Shown: positions 63,863-64,000 of the stretch, piece by piece
Numbering within the stretch: position 1 is the stretch's first letter
How the letters are laid out: each line of letters starts with the position of its first letter
Notes under the pieces: generated by a model
What the model saw: the letters and a program-made list of their open reading frames with translations, nothing else
Databases searched by the model: none
Told to the model about the DNA's origin: nothing
Program-made: the position numbers and the translations under genes
Origin: Octopus bimaculoides
Taxonomy: Eukaryota
DNA: 64,000 bases
Reading direction: 5' to 3'
NCBI RefSeq assembly: GCF_001194135.2
Contig: NC_068986.1
Coordinates: forward strand, 46,369,939-46,433,938

Positions 63863-64000
63863 GTCACCATCTTTTAACATCCATTTTCCATGCTAGCATG
63901 GGTTGTGTGTGGATGTGAGAGAGAGAGATAAAGGGGGAAAGAGAGCAAATATCTGTCTCCTTGTCTTGACATCATGTGATAATTATAAAATGATTGTCAC

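Noticed and set aside
63533-63918. YI/CV/HT-repeat ORFs here and at about 2619, 11010, 33491, 34767, 40669 and 61446
   Set aside because: Translations of dinucleotide microsatellites.
1-64000. CRISPR arrays, rRNA, operons or prophage
   Set aside because: No regularly spaced direct repeats with unique spacers and no long gene-dense ORFs; the sequence is eukaryotic repeat-rich DNA.

Overview
AT-rich eukaryotic (metazoan) draft-scaffold sequence with N gaps, many (TA)n/(CA)n/(TATG)n microsatellites and dense interspersed repeats. The dominant tRNA-derived SINE families look like those of Octopus or other coleoid cephalopods; this is an inference from recognising the repeats, not a database result. 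No prokaryotic genes, CRISPR arrays, rRNA or true tRNA genes are supported. No host protein could be named; only short, low-confidence candidate exons were seen, so the window is probably intronic or intergenic. Identifiable content: at least five mariner remnants, a pogo remnant, piggyBac-type (TTAA) MITEs, RTE and L1/Tx1 LINE fragments, three Penelope-like element (PLE) fragments and dozens of SINEs. The most interesting signal is three linked loci (16595-16760, 19480-20640, 43907-44216) that share end motifs and look like PLE-derived, inverted-end elements. One carries a complete minimal type I hammerhead ribozyme core on the minus strand (44019-44063). A degenerate hammerhead of the same geometry lies downstream of a Neptune-like PLE ORF (19541-19581). 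Other notable items are a TA-flanked MITE carrying an intact 79-codon ORF with an internal peptide duplication, a mariner with two left ends, and an RTE with a 5' inversion. All alignments and folds were done by eye, and boundaries of old repeats are approximate.
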